Shown piece after piece: positions 12,114-22,608 of a DNA stretch of 41,191 bases. Location: assembly GCA_030167865.1 (NCBI GenBank), contig JALAGF010006086.1:1-41191 (forward strand), in the 5' to 3' direction. Under the pieces are notes generated by a model that saw only the letters and a list, made by a program, of their open reading frames with translations, had not been told where the DNA came from and did no database searches. A program made the position numbers and the translations under genes. This DNA comes from Craspedostauros australis. Its lineage: Eukaryota. Each line of letters opens with the position of its first letter. Positions within the stretch are counted from its first letter, which is position 1.

Positions 12114-12715
12114 TCAGAAAGCTTCGCCATCCTTCAGATCCGACACGTCCGTCGATTCGATGGCGCCATCCTCGAGTTGCATGCTCTGCGCATCGAGCAG
12201 TTCTTTGGCCTGACCGTACCACTCGCTCTCGTGCTGCTTGTCGAACTGACCACAGTATTGCAGCAGATCTTCCAGTGCATCCTTCATCCGTTTCTGGCTG
12301 TTGGGTATCATCATGTGACTTTCACCCAGCACTTCTTGGAACTTCTTGATGTCGTAGGGGTCCTTGCCATCTTGTTTCATCTGCGCCAGCTTGGCCTCAT
12401 TTTCCTGGACTTCCTTCTCGTAGTACTTGACTTCCTTGATGAGTCTGCGCCGAGCGAGTTTGTATTATATAATATGTTTGAACAGGTTTATGGGTGCGGA
12501 GTGAAACGAGACATGGTTGGACAAGTTGGTGAGTGGATGAGTGAAAGACCACAACGCATGAACAACAATGATGGAGTCGAGCAGGAGACTCTTTGGCGGC
12601 AGTGCTACTCGTAGTATCACTATGATCGTTGCGCTGATCCTTACCTTTGACACGCCTTCGTCTTGATCATGAGCTGTCGCTCTGGATCGACTTCTTTCTG
12701 TTTCCGAATTGGCAT
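12114..12715 (-). CDS. TBCA: Tubulin-folding cofactor A; exons 12715-12645 and 12444-12114
   Basis: A phase-2 intron 12644-12445 (GTAAGG...CAG) gives RQLMIKTKACQRLIKEVKYYEKEVQENEAKLAQMKQDGKDPYDIKKFQEVLGESHMMIP, the TBCA signature. Confidence 0.93.
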
Positions 12716-13557
12716 CGTTTGGCGTGTTGGTATAGTTGTGCTAATGTAGGCAATATGTTATCTTATTGGTAGAAGCACTTTGGCACGAGTATGTTGTGAT
12801 GCCTTGGTTATGCTTGTGAGGGTTGCTTTGGGTTTGGCTTTGTCCTTGGTCTTTGTCTTGCCGAGCATCGCGATGCGTTGCGTTGTGTTGGTGGAAGCAA
12901 GAGAGGCTCTTCTTTGCGCACGTCTCGAAACCCAAAGGAAACCAAAGCAACACTCGCGAAGAGGCAAACGGAAACAATGAACCACGACACAACCGCTGAA
13001 GTCAAGCTTGGGTCGTGCATATTAAATTCTCTACTCTCTATCGTTACGCTATTGTTCATTGCACTCGTATTCTACATCGTAGTACCCCAAGGCACGTGCG
13101 CTGTTCAAGGATGTTTGCGATGGTTTGCACTGCTCGTTACGAGAATGTCCACGACAGAGCATACGTCTTGATTCCGCAATTTGTTGTTGGATGGGGTGAT
13201 GCATCGACTCACTGCCACGCGTTGCTGGAAACAGATAAATGAATCAGTCCAGCTGCCTCCCCCTCGGTGCTATGAGGAATACCAACCAGGCATTGCCATT
13301 GCAGTGTGCAAAGGCCTCCATTGTCGCGAGATGATCTGGCATCACCCACTCTGATGTTCCACGGCAACGCTTTCATTTGCCCATCATTTCGATCAGTCAA
13401 GCCAAGTCCTGTACGAATATGAATCGCCCTGTGCGCACTTTTCATGGAGTGCAAGTATGCCACTCAAATTGACACAACGCCAACACGTTGCTGACATGAA
13501 TGGTGTGATGCGGTGGCATATCGTACCGATGCTCCCACATGGTATCCCTGCACTCCA

Positions 13558-14022
13558 CTATATCGCAGAGCCAGCATCGCCATCACCATCCCGCAGTTCC
13601 ATGAACCGCTGCTCCAACCGATTGGCCTCCTCCATGGCCGTCTGCGTGATCTTCTGCGCCTTCTGGATTTGCAACTGCTCCTCCGCGCTGATCGTCTCTT
13701 CGTCCATCAGCATGATCGACATGCGCAGCGTGCGGATCAGGCTGAGCAGGTTGGAGGATGCGACGCACAGATTCTCCGTGGCCAAGTGACACTGCAACGA
13801 ACTAAGAGCGACGTCGGCTGCGAGCGGTGGCGGCGGTGGATCCTGCGACGACTTCATGTGCCCGCCACCGCTGCGAGGATCCATGCGTCCCTTTTCGAGC
13901 GCAGCGATCGAGGAGGCTGCCCTCAGGAGGTTCAGGTACTGCGTTGACAGGCGGTTGCACGTGGCATTCAGCGAATTCTCCCATTCTTGGGGCGGGGTCA
14001 GGTCGGCCTCTTCTCTCTGCAT
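13558..14022 (-). CDS. MED22: Mediator complex subunit 22 (Srb6/SURF5 family)
   Basis: Short helical protein with LSTQYLNLLRAA...LQCHLATENLCVASSNLLSLIRTLRMSIMLMD followed by a coiled coil, consistent with the Med22 core pattern. Confidence 0.7.
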   Translation of the reverse strand: MQREEADLTPPQEWENSLNATCNRLSTQYLNLLRAASSIAALEKGRMDPRSGGGHMKSSQDPPPPPLAADVALSSLQCHLATENLCVASSNLLSLIRTLRMSIMLMDEETISAEEQLQIQKAQKITQTAMEEANRLEQRFMELRDGDGDAGSAI

Positions 14023-14045
14023 CTTGATTCGCTGTTGTCGAATGC

Positions 14046-14069
14046 CTCTCTCTCTCTCTCTCTCTCTCT
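14046..14069. repeat. (CT)n microsatellite upstream of MED22; a similar (TC)n run lies at ~17370-17394
   Basis: Directly visible dinucleotide runs. Confidence 0.9.
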
Positions 14070-14824
14070 GTATGGCTATGCTCGTATCCTTCTCTTGTCT
14101 CTCTACGATCTACTAATGGAAGCAGTCTTATCGGTGGATCCTCATGCATGGAGACTCGCGGAGTGTGTCTCGCGAGTGCGATGGTGAACGGCAGCGCAGG
14201 ATGACGGAAGAGATCGTCATGTCGCGAACAATCGCGGATCTGCCGCCATCATGGTTGATCTCTGTTGTGTTGTTTGTTGTTTCGGATACAGGAGTCGATT
14301 GAGTCACGAACTCATAATAAAGTACTTACATAGACCCATAATGAAGATGTCAACCAAATCTCCAAATTAGCCAATCAAAACGCAGAAAGACGAAGGGATC
14401 TTTTCGTTGCACAAATCAAGCTGTTGTTGACACCAACCGTGACGCCAAATCGCACAAAACACAACACATCTCATCTGTTTTCCCATCCGACAATCGGAAG
14501 ATTGCCGACTGTTCACAACACAGAGAGAGGCACACCTACCAACTGGAAGGAAGGATCCACCAGGGAGGTGATGGAGAGCAGTAGAGACCACCTGCGCAGT
14601 TGTCATTGGATCGGCTTCAGCCAAGTTTGACTTTATTGATCACAACAGTGCCCTGTGGTGGTTGTGCTCATCGACATCAACCAGGTGCAAACGAAGACAC
14701 CTACTCTCTGCCACACAACACTCTGTTCTGCTATTCCAACACAGAGCAACGCCATCGCAGTGATTGATCCACTGATTGTCCAATCAATCCATCCATCCAT
14801 CCATCAATACCCCGTACATCAACA

Positions 14825-17203
14825 ATGGCGGTTCACAGAGTTCGGAGCAGCGTTGGTACGGCGCTGCTGCTGGCGTTGTTGGCATTTGATCATGGCGCCC
14901 TCTTCGGTGCACTCGGCTTCACCAATATGAACGGAGCTGCGCGACGTCGTGGCTTGCCTTTGGGCATGGGACGTCGCGGTCATGGTAATGCAAGGCAGCC
15001 TCCGTCTCAACCGCCGCGTAACAACGGCGATCGCGGTCAAGGCGGATCATCGCCGACACCTAATTCGAAGGATCTGATTCTCTTGGCATCACGCAACATC
15101 ACATCAACGGAAGCGGACGAGAACGAAGATAACAACAATAATATTGAGGAGGAGGCAGCAGACTCGCGCGAATTGAAGGTGCGTGGAGGCAGCAGCCGAG
15201 GCGCTCGCGGCAAGGTCAAGAGCAGGAATGATGATTCCGGACCAATGGGTGCCTTGCGAGACATCGGCAGGTTTTGGAAGGCCAGGCTTGATGGACTTGG
15301 CAAGGCGCTTCCTTTCGGAAATGCCAAGAACGGCAGCGGCAAAGGTCAAGCCAAAACCCCAAGTGAGAAGGAGATGCAGAAGAAGGAGGAAGAGCTCATG
15401 GAACAACTGCGCACCATGCCCGTCCAGGGGATCTCCGTTCCAAAGTCATCTGTGCTGCCGGCGAATGTCGTCCGCTCCGCTGTCAAACGATCCGGTCAGC
15501 TGGGTACTCCGCTGCGCACTGATCGCGTGCAAGATATTGCAAGAACTTTGAAGCGCTGGTACGATCGCAACGGATATCCCTTGCACAGCGTCACTGGGGC
15601 ATCGCTGGATCCAACCACAGGAGTGGCAGAGCTCACGCTACAGGAGCCCAGGGTCTCCGAAAGGCCGGTTGAAATCGTGGCGTGCAAGCAGATGGTCATC
15701 GATACCAACAGCGACGGTGACGAGGAGATCGTCACCTTCAAGGAGTACCGCAGGAAGCAGACGCAACGCAAAACATTGGGACACGACCGTATCGAGATCC
15801 GGGATCTCAACACCACCTTCATCGAAACCAAGGGTCGGACGAATCCCAACAAGGTTGCAAGCGCGTTGAAGCTGGAACGAGGCGGGCACTTCAAGTGGGA
15901 AGGCACGCGATGGCAGCGCATCGCGCAAAGCGGCGTATTCTCGCAGGTCTTGAGCTCTTCGCCGGCGCGCATGCCCGACGGGACCGTCCAGCTGCAGGTC
16001 ATTGTCCAGGAGCCGCCACCGCGGCATTTGGAGTACGGTATCGGAAAGTCGCTGTACACCGGCAGCTGGGAAGGCGAGGTGGATTTTGAGCACATGAATC
16101 TGTTCGGTGGCGGCGAGATTGCAGGCTTGTCCATCAAACGCGGCACAAAGGATGCCGAACCCAGCATGCGAGTGCGATACTCTGATGACAACCTCGGTCT
16201 GGAGGGTGGGTACACCGTGGAGCTCTTCTCAGACTTCATCGGTGAGGACAGGTCTTTGGAGGTGGGCAAGAGTTCCAGCAAAAAGGGGAAGAAGGGCAAG
16301 GGTACCACCAATTCGGCTAAACAAGCCACCGCGACCTCCACCTCCACCTCCACCTCGACAACATCTGATTCAGATGCGGGTGTGACGGTGACGACGAAGA
16401 CCGGGTACGACGACGATATACTGCTGGGTCGCAAGGGTGCAACTTTCACGCTGAAGAATCCCATTGCCACATCTTTCATTCGCAATAGCGTGGGAACAAC
16501 ATCCGTGGAACGCACTTCCACACGCACCGGCCTGCACGAGAGTGTCGGAAGCACGAGCTTGACCCTCGGACCATTCACGAAGGAGCTTCCATTCCAGGCC
16601 CGATCCAACATCATCACGAAAGGCACAACTGGCGCGAGACTTGTCGAAAAGGATGGCGATGCGACTACTGCAGATGGCAGCAGCAGCAGCAGCAGCAGTA
16701 GCAGCGACAGCAGGGCACTCTCCCGACTTGACGTGGATGTGTTGCCGTACTCGTCGATTTCAGCAACCACACGCCAGATCTTGCCTCTACTGTCGTTGCA
16801 GAGCCCGTCCTCCAAGACTGGACCTGTATCCATCGCGCTATCCCACACAGTCATGACATCAACACGCAATCTCCCACGGCACGAGGCGAACGCGCTCAGC
16901 ATCGCCACACGCATCCGAGGTTGCAGTCCCGACGGCAGAGTGTCCACCTCCGTGAAGGGCACGACGGAACTCCGAGTTCCCGTCATCGCGCCCGTCTTCG
17001 GAGATGGCTCCGTCGTCCTCTTCAGCGATTGGTTCTGTTGTCAGCAAACGCATAGCAGCCCGTTTTACACCGGATCCAGCGTCGGGGTTGGACTACGCAA
17101 GAACCTGCAAGGTCTACCATTGAAGTACGATCTGTCGTACTCGCCGAAGAATGGTGGCAAGATCAAAGCCATGTTCAGTCTTGGGCAAGACTTTGACGTG
17201 TGA
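14825..17203 (+). CDS. Omp85/BamA-family beta-barrel protein (OEP80/Toc75-like), predicted plastid-targeted
   Basis: Signal peptide followed by ALG-F. POTRA-like helices (VQDIARTLKRWYDRNGY; RIAQSGVFSQV). Barrel start (EYGIGKSLYTGSWEGEVDFEHMNLFGGGE), IRG loop-6 variant, ELRVP, SVGVGLR, PLKYDLSY, and a terminal beta-signal-like MFSLGQDF. Confidence 0.8.
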   Translation: MAVHRVRSSVGTALLLALLAFDHGALFGALGFTNMNGAARRRGLPLGMGRRGHGNARQPPSQPPRNNGDRGQGGSSPTPNSKDLILLASRNITSTEADENEDNNNNIEEEAADSRELKVRGGSSRGARGKVKSRNDDSGPMGALRDIGRFWKARLDGLGKALPFGNAKNGSGKGQAKTPSEKEMQKKEEELMEQLRTMPVQGISVPKSSVLPANVVRSAVKRSGQLGTPLRTDRVQDIARTLKRWYDRNGYPLHSVTGASLDPTTGVAELTLQEPRVSERPVEIVACKQMVIDTNSDGDEEIVTFKEYRRKQTQRKTLGHDRIEIRDLNTTFIETKGRTNPNKVASALKLERGGHFKWEGTRWQRIAQSGVFSQVLSSSPARMPDGTVQLQVIVQEPPPRHLEYGIGKSLYTGSWEGEVDFEHMNLFGGGEIAGLSIKRGTKDAEPSMRVRYSDDNLGLEGGYTVELFSDFIGEDRSLEVGKSSSKKGKKGKGTTNSAKQATATSTSTSTSTTSDSDAGVTVTTKTGYDDDILLGRKGATFTLKNPIATSFIRNSVGTTSVERTSTRTGLHESVGSTSLTLGPFTKELPFQARSNIITKGTTGARLVEKDGDATTADGSSSSSSSSSDSRALSRLDVDVLPYSSISATTRQILPLLSLQSPSSKTGPVSIALSHTVMTSTRNLPRHEANALSIATRIRGCSPDGRVSTSVKGTTELRVPVIAPVFGDGSVVLFSDWFCCQQTHSSPFYTGSSVGVGLRKNLQGLPLKYDLSYSPKNGGKIKAMFSLGQDFDV

Positions 17204-17756
17204 GGAAGCCTCAGATCGTGGAATACCATGGACTGCAAGCAAATGTCAGAGAGAGCAGTAATATTTGTAGCACAAATCCTAGTGGAATGTCAGCACTGGA
17301 GCCGTGCTCTGCAATAGTATGGCATGATAGCCATAGTAAGATCACAGTATTGATATGCCAGTCCTCGTACTCTCTCTCTCTCTCTCTCTCTCTCTGGAGA
17401 GTACTCATTGTATGGAATGGGTGTGCGTATTGTTGTGATGGCAGTGAATGGCCCATCATCAAATGTTGCAACGAAACATGTTCAAGAACATAATCATCAC
17501 ACGCTGCGCAGTGCAATGAAATGCAATGCAAACAGTATTTGCCATCCTGGGCTACTGGTTTGCCCACGCGTTTGTCCATCACTCTCAACTCACTACCACT
17601 GCATTCAACTCCACTCAATTTAACTCTTTGCAAGTCTGATGCCCCATTCTTCCTAGCCGATTGCAATCAGGATTAGCGTACTACGAGTTGTAGGTACACA
17701 CATAATGGACACTGCATACGCAGCACAAGTCGTAAAAGTAATTGCAGAGGCTACCA

Positions 17757-19556
17757 TTACTTCTGACAATCCAAAAGAATTGCGAGGGGCCAGTTGATGT
17801 AAGCTCGCAGCTCACGCGCTGCTGGTAGGGTCATATCACGCGGTACGCCGATTCTATCTCGGAAGTAGACCAGGCTGTCCACGACGGCCTGCACGAAGTC
17901 ATCACCGCCCGTCGTGGCGATGGTCGTGGCAAGCTGCCGCATGGCAACCTTTTGCGAATCCGGATCGTTCTGCAACAACGCCGAACACACGATGCGCAGA
18001 ACGGCATCGACCGCCGGCACGACGGCGTCGTTGGATGTGGCCCTGGGATCGCTGAGGGGCGCCATGGCCGGCGGCATGCCCTTCTTGCCCGCGCCGCGCG
18101 CTGCAAATTTGACGATGGCGTTGGCGTTGGCCGACAGTCGCTCCACGGCCTCACGCTGCGCGCCTTCCATGGCCCATGCCCAATCGGGTTCGATGCCGCC
18201 GTTGTGCGGTTCCAGCGGCAGCTCCCAGCTACCGCGCGTGGCATCGGCGATGCTACGTTCTCCGTTGATGGCAGCCTCGTACTTCTGACCGCCGGGTTCG
18301 TAGGTGCAGCCTCCGAGCTGTGGTGGCAAATCCCAGCTGTGCGTGTAATAGTCGCTCTTTGTGAGTCGGTACGATGGCAATGTCTCCATGGCGTCGAACC
18401 ACGCGTTGATGGCGGGGTACTTGCGGTTTGGGTCGTCCGCGGTGTACCTCAGTTGGAATCCCTTGAAGAATAGCAGAGAAGCGCACATGCGTTCCATGAA
18501 GGGCACGAACTGAACATCGACCTGCGTGATGTCGTTGCCGACGAAGAAATCGCCTTGCGTGTTGGATTGCAGGACGGATTCCACCACATCCAAGGTCTCC
18601 ATGAACTCCCTCTTGGACGAGGCCGAGTCCGATTTCAACCAGTACAGCCACGCTCCAAAGATCTGACGCTCCAATTGAAGGAGCTGCCTGTTGGAGGTGG
18701 ACGTGCTGCCATCCTTGGGAACCAATGACTTGTGATCGCCGAAGCCGTCTTCCAGAGCCTGGAGGATGTCGTTGGATTGGCCGTAGACTCTGCCATCGAT
18801 GATGGCGACCGGGATCTGACCACCTGGCTGGATGCGCAGGAACGAAGGTGGCTTGTCGCCGTAGCAGCTCATGTTGATGCGCTCCACCTTGTAGGGGATC
18901 TTCTTCTCTTCGAGCGTGAGCCACACCTTCTGGCAGTACGGACACCACGAGGCCGAATCGCGATAGAAGGTGACGCGCACATCCTCCTCCTTGTTGTCCT
19001 CCGTGAACAAGCGCAGGTTGTGCAGCGGCGAACCGACGCCGTAGCCGAAGGGAAGATCGTGGCGAAATCGGCGTTCCTGCGGCGTCTGCAGGGATGCAAG
19101 CTTGGCCCTCACGTCTTCCCACGAGCTGCTGTCCAGCGACTGCAGAGCCTGCTCCATGCCAGCGCTGGAGCTGACCGAGGTGGACTTGCCAAAGATGGAG
19201 CCCGCCATGTCGCCGATCATGGAAGTGAAGGGATTGCCGCCTCTGCCGTTGTTGCCGCTGCTTTGATTGTTGCTGCTGCGTAGTGAGATCAACGATGACG
19301 ATCGTCCAACCTGATGTCTGCCGCCGACGAATCCAAGAACCAAAGGCACTCGCAGCAGACCGATCATCACCACACCGGCCAATGCAGCTGTTGCTCTCCG
19401 TGCGCCGTTGTTCCTGGTGCCACTGGTTGCGATTGGAGTTGCTCCGTTTGCCATCATCGACAGCGTGGAAGAGTTGTTGGCGAGCATCCGTGTTGTGATT
19501 GCCGCCTCTCTGTGTGTCGTCGCTGTGGCAAGAAGAAAGATGCTGGTTGTGCTCAT
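17757..19556 (-). CDS. Glutathione S-transferase-fold protein with CPYC active site, predicted plastid-targeted (start may be 19487 or 19457)
   Basis: VTFYRDSASWCPYCQKVWLTLEEKKIPYKVERINM.CYGDKP..F....P.GQIPV.IIDG....QSNDIL is a GST-N domain. GST-C helices (DVQFVPFMERM, INAWFDAME). Extra C-terminal RDRIGVPRDM motif. Leader VLG-F. Confidence 0.88.
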   Translation of the reverse strand: MSTTSIFLLATATTHREAAITTRMLANNSSTLSMMANGATPIATSGTRNNGARRATAALAGVVMIGLLRVPLVLGFVGGRHQVGRSSSLISLRSSNNQSSGNNGRGGNPFTSMIGDMAGSIFGKSTSVSSSAGMEQALQSLDSSSWEDVRAKLASLQTPQERRFRHDLPFGYGVGSPLHNLRLFTEDNKEEDVRVTFYRDSASWCPYCQKVWLTLEEKKIPYKVERINMSCYGDKPPSFLRIQPGGQIPVAIIDGRVYGQSNDILQALEDGFGDHKSLVPKDGSTSTSNRQLLQLERQIFGAWLYWLKSDSASSKREFMETLDVVESVLQSNTQGDFFVGNDITQVDVQFVPFMERMCASLLFFKGFQLRYTADDPNRKYPAINAWFDAMETLPSYRLTKSDYYTHSWDLPPQLGGCTYEPGGQKYEAAINGERSIADATRGSWELPLEPHNGGIEPDWAWAMEGAQREAVERLSANANAIVKFAARGAGKKGMPPAMAPLSDPRATSNDAVVPAVDAVLRIVCSALLQNDPDSQKVAMRQLATTIATTGGDDFVQAVVDSLVYFRDRIGVPRDMTLPAARELRAYINWPLAILLDCQK

Positions 19557-19675
19557 CCCAAGGAGGAAAGATCATCTCGTCTCGTTCCGTGTCGCTGACT
19601 TCTCTCTCCTGGTTGCCGATGCAGAAGAGGAAGAAGACGATGCCACAAAGATCCAGTCAACACCTTCTTCTCCAA

Positions 19676-19685
19676 GTGACGTCAC
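19676..19685. promoter_or_regulatory. Perfect palindrome GTGACGTCAC (CRE/C-box-like bZIP site) in the divergent GST/LSMT promoter
   Basis: The sequence tccaaGTGACGTCACacgc lies between two head-to-head genes. Function is inferred only. Confidence 0.35.
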
Positions 19686-20001
19686 ACGCGACCAATTCGA
19701 CTCAATTGAAGATGACGAAAATGCGTGCTTTCAAGTTCAACAACGACCGACCAAAAACCATTCCGTGGGTGAGCGCCACGATGAACATGGAAGCTGTTGT
19801 TGTTGTCGATGTTGTCATCGCACAATACGAGTACAATCTGTTGAAGGATCAACTATCCATAGACAACAATTTGCATCTCTGCTCGTGATCGTGCTCGTAC
19901 ATTGATTAAGCAGGACAACAAAGCGTCAACCTGATTGCACATCGGACACGCACACTTCGAATACAATAGTGGAAGATCGAACGAACCAAACAGACGCAAC
20001 A

Positions 20002-22049
20002 ATGAAATTCTCTGCCTGCGCCCTGGCCGTGGCAGCCACCATGCATTCCGCGACGGCCTTCGCACCGCTCTCGCAGCACACGCCGGCGGCTTCCGACCTG
20101 CGCATGGCCGGAGGCGAAGGCGGAGAGGCCGAATGGGCCAAAGCTCTGAGGGAAAGCACGGCTGCCGTGCCTGGTGAATTCGAAAAGGAAATGAAGATGA
20201 AGGGCCTGCTCAGCAACAAGGCAGGCAAGGGCGACACCAAGCTGACCGCCAACGCCAACCTCGTGCGCTGGTTGGAGAAAGAGGGTGATGTCTACCTCTC
20301 CGAAGTATCCAACTGGGGAGAAGCACCACATCCCATGGCCATTAGTACGGACACGAAGGACGAGATCACCAACGAATCCTCGGGACGTGGTCTGCTGGCG
20401 CGCAAGGACGTCAACGAAGGCGATCTCCTGCTCAAGGTGCCGCTCAAGCTGTGCATCACCAAGAAATCGGCGTTGCAGGCCTTCCCCGTCGGCGAAGCCA
20501 GCGCTCTGGCCGAGCACACCAACGAGTTCATGGCCGTCGCGTGTCAGCTCATTCGAGAAAAGTTCACGCTGGGTGACAAATCCTACTACAAGCCGTACAT
20601 CGACATCCTGCCGGAGGTGGGAGAAGTCAACCCCACCTTCGCGTGGTCCGAGGAGGATATCAGCTTTCTGCAAGGCTCGCCCGTCGTCGCGGCGACCAAG
20701 AGTTTGCAGATGAAGCTCAAGCGGGAGTACGATGATCTGTTGGGAGGAGAGGATGGATTGATCGCGAAGTATCCGCAAATGTTCCCAGAGGAGGTCAGTG
20801 ACGACATGCGATGGTCTGCTTTGCTCTACGTGACTATCATGCGTTGCATCACTGCTACGTACGGTTTGATGATATTCGTGTGATACCTTGCAAACTGGTG
20901 TCTGTCGTTGTGCAGCGCTAAATATTACGAATATGGTCGTGCCTGTGGCCATTGCACGGTGTTCACCTTGTATCTCATTCACATGAGAACATACATGTCA
21001 ATCACTCGCTCACTTCATCACGCACTTGCCTGCTGCTCTACACTATCCCGTTGTCACCTCCAACCAACTCCCACGCTATGCATCCATGCACACAGGACTT
21101 CACCTACGAAAACTGGGTGTGGGCATTCACCATGCTCTTTTCACGTGCCATCCGTCTGCGAAGTCTCAAATCGGGAGAGGCCCTCGCCATGGTCCCGTAC
21201 GCCGACCTCATCAACCACTCCCCATTCTCGCAGGCCTACATCGACGCGCGCGAGGCTGGCGACTGGCTCTTCTCCAGCGGCTTCGACGAGGTCATCCTGT
21301 ACGCCGACCGTGGATACCGCCGCATGGAGCAGGTCTACATTTCCTACGGACCCAAGTCCAACGCCGAGCTGCTTCTCTTGTACGGATTCGCCGTGGAGCG
21401 CAATCCTTTCAACTCCGTCGATGTCACCGTCGGAATCGCGCCGCGCACGGAATCCTTCGTCAAGGCGCTGGCGGATGAGTCCATCCCGGTCGACCCGCTC
21501 GCGGAAGAGAAGATCGAGTTCCTGCGATCCGTCGGGCGCGATACCATGGTCGACTTTCCTTGCTACGCCGATCGTTACGCCCTGGAAATGCTGCAGTACC
21601 TGCGGTTGATGCAGATGACGCCGGAAGATACGCGCGGCAAGCCACTGAAGGCCTTCGATTATTCCAGAACCATCTCGGCCGCCAACGAAGCCTCGGCCCT
21701 GTTCGCTGTCATCGAGGCCGTGAAGCGCCAGCTGTCCAACTATCCCAACGACGAGGAGATGGATGCCGCGTTGATCAAGGATCGTGGCATGTTCAAGCTC
21801 CTGTCCTACAACCAACGCATGGCCATCCGTCATCGACGAAATGAGAAGCGTCTTCTGAAACGCACCATCGCGGCACTGCAGAAGCAGCTGAGACAGCAAG
21901 GATTGGACGATGAGGAGTTGCTGGCGCGTGCGGAGGGATCCACGTTGGGACAGCTGCTGCCAGGCGACGAGCGCAAGTACGGAATGAAGCAGCGCACGGC
22001 GTTGGAAGATCGGTTGGAGAAGATGGGTCTGCCAGTCGATCTCAGATAG
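20002..22049 (+). CDS. SET-domain lysine methyltransferase, Rubisco LSMT family, plastid-targeted; exons 20002-20793 and 21096-22049
   Basis: MKFSACALAVAATMHSATA-FAP bipartite leader. GRGLLA, AMVPYADLINHS, QVYISYGPKSNAELLLLYGF SET motifs, and a C-terminal LSMT substrate-binding region (MAIRHRRNEKRLL). Phase-0 intron 20794-21095 (GTCAGT...CAG). Confidence 0.9.
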
Positions 22050-22608
22050 AGCAGAACAGACAGACAGTCCGTGGCGAGAGGTCGTCTTCCATATCATGCC
22101 ATATGTTACTCTGCTTTACTTGGCCTGCGTACGAGTATCATGCAATAATTCAGCGGCAGCCGGTAGTTCTACACTCCGGGAACGCTGTAAATTGTTGGAT
22201 GTGAGCAGAGTTGTACGTATGTATTTGACGCGGTGCTCTTTTTGCTAATTCCAAACAGTAGTAGGTAGTCTGATAGAGGACATTCGTGGGTTGTAAGTCA
22301 AGAGAGCTATGCTTGCACATCAGAGTACGAACACCTACAGTTGGAGCCAATCGTGATGAGCAACTTGATGGGTCTCTACAGAGAGAGTGCTCTGTTCCAC
22401 ATGTGGTGATGCCAATGATGTCAGCGATGACAAAAGTATCCTTGTGTGACGTTTTGTGCGTCAGTTTTCGCGAATGTGTTTGGTCGTGTTCGGCCACCAC
22501 AACAACGCTGACAGGGAACTGACTGCAACAAACACAATAGTCTCCACCAACACTCATAAATCCAACTCTCTTCAATCCACACAACTGCACAAACGGAAGA
22601 GACAGACC

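Noticed and set aside
15496..16986. Long antisense ORFs (this 496-aa one, also 5823-6923, 1869-2726, 21141-22097, 39784-40653)
   Set aside because: Shadows of GC3-rich real genes on the opposite strand, with no recognisable motifs.
18253..19575. 440-aa same-strand alternative-frame ORF over the GST
   Set aside because: Arg/His/Gln-rich frame-shifted shadow typical of high-GC codon usage.
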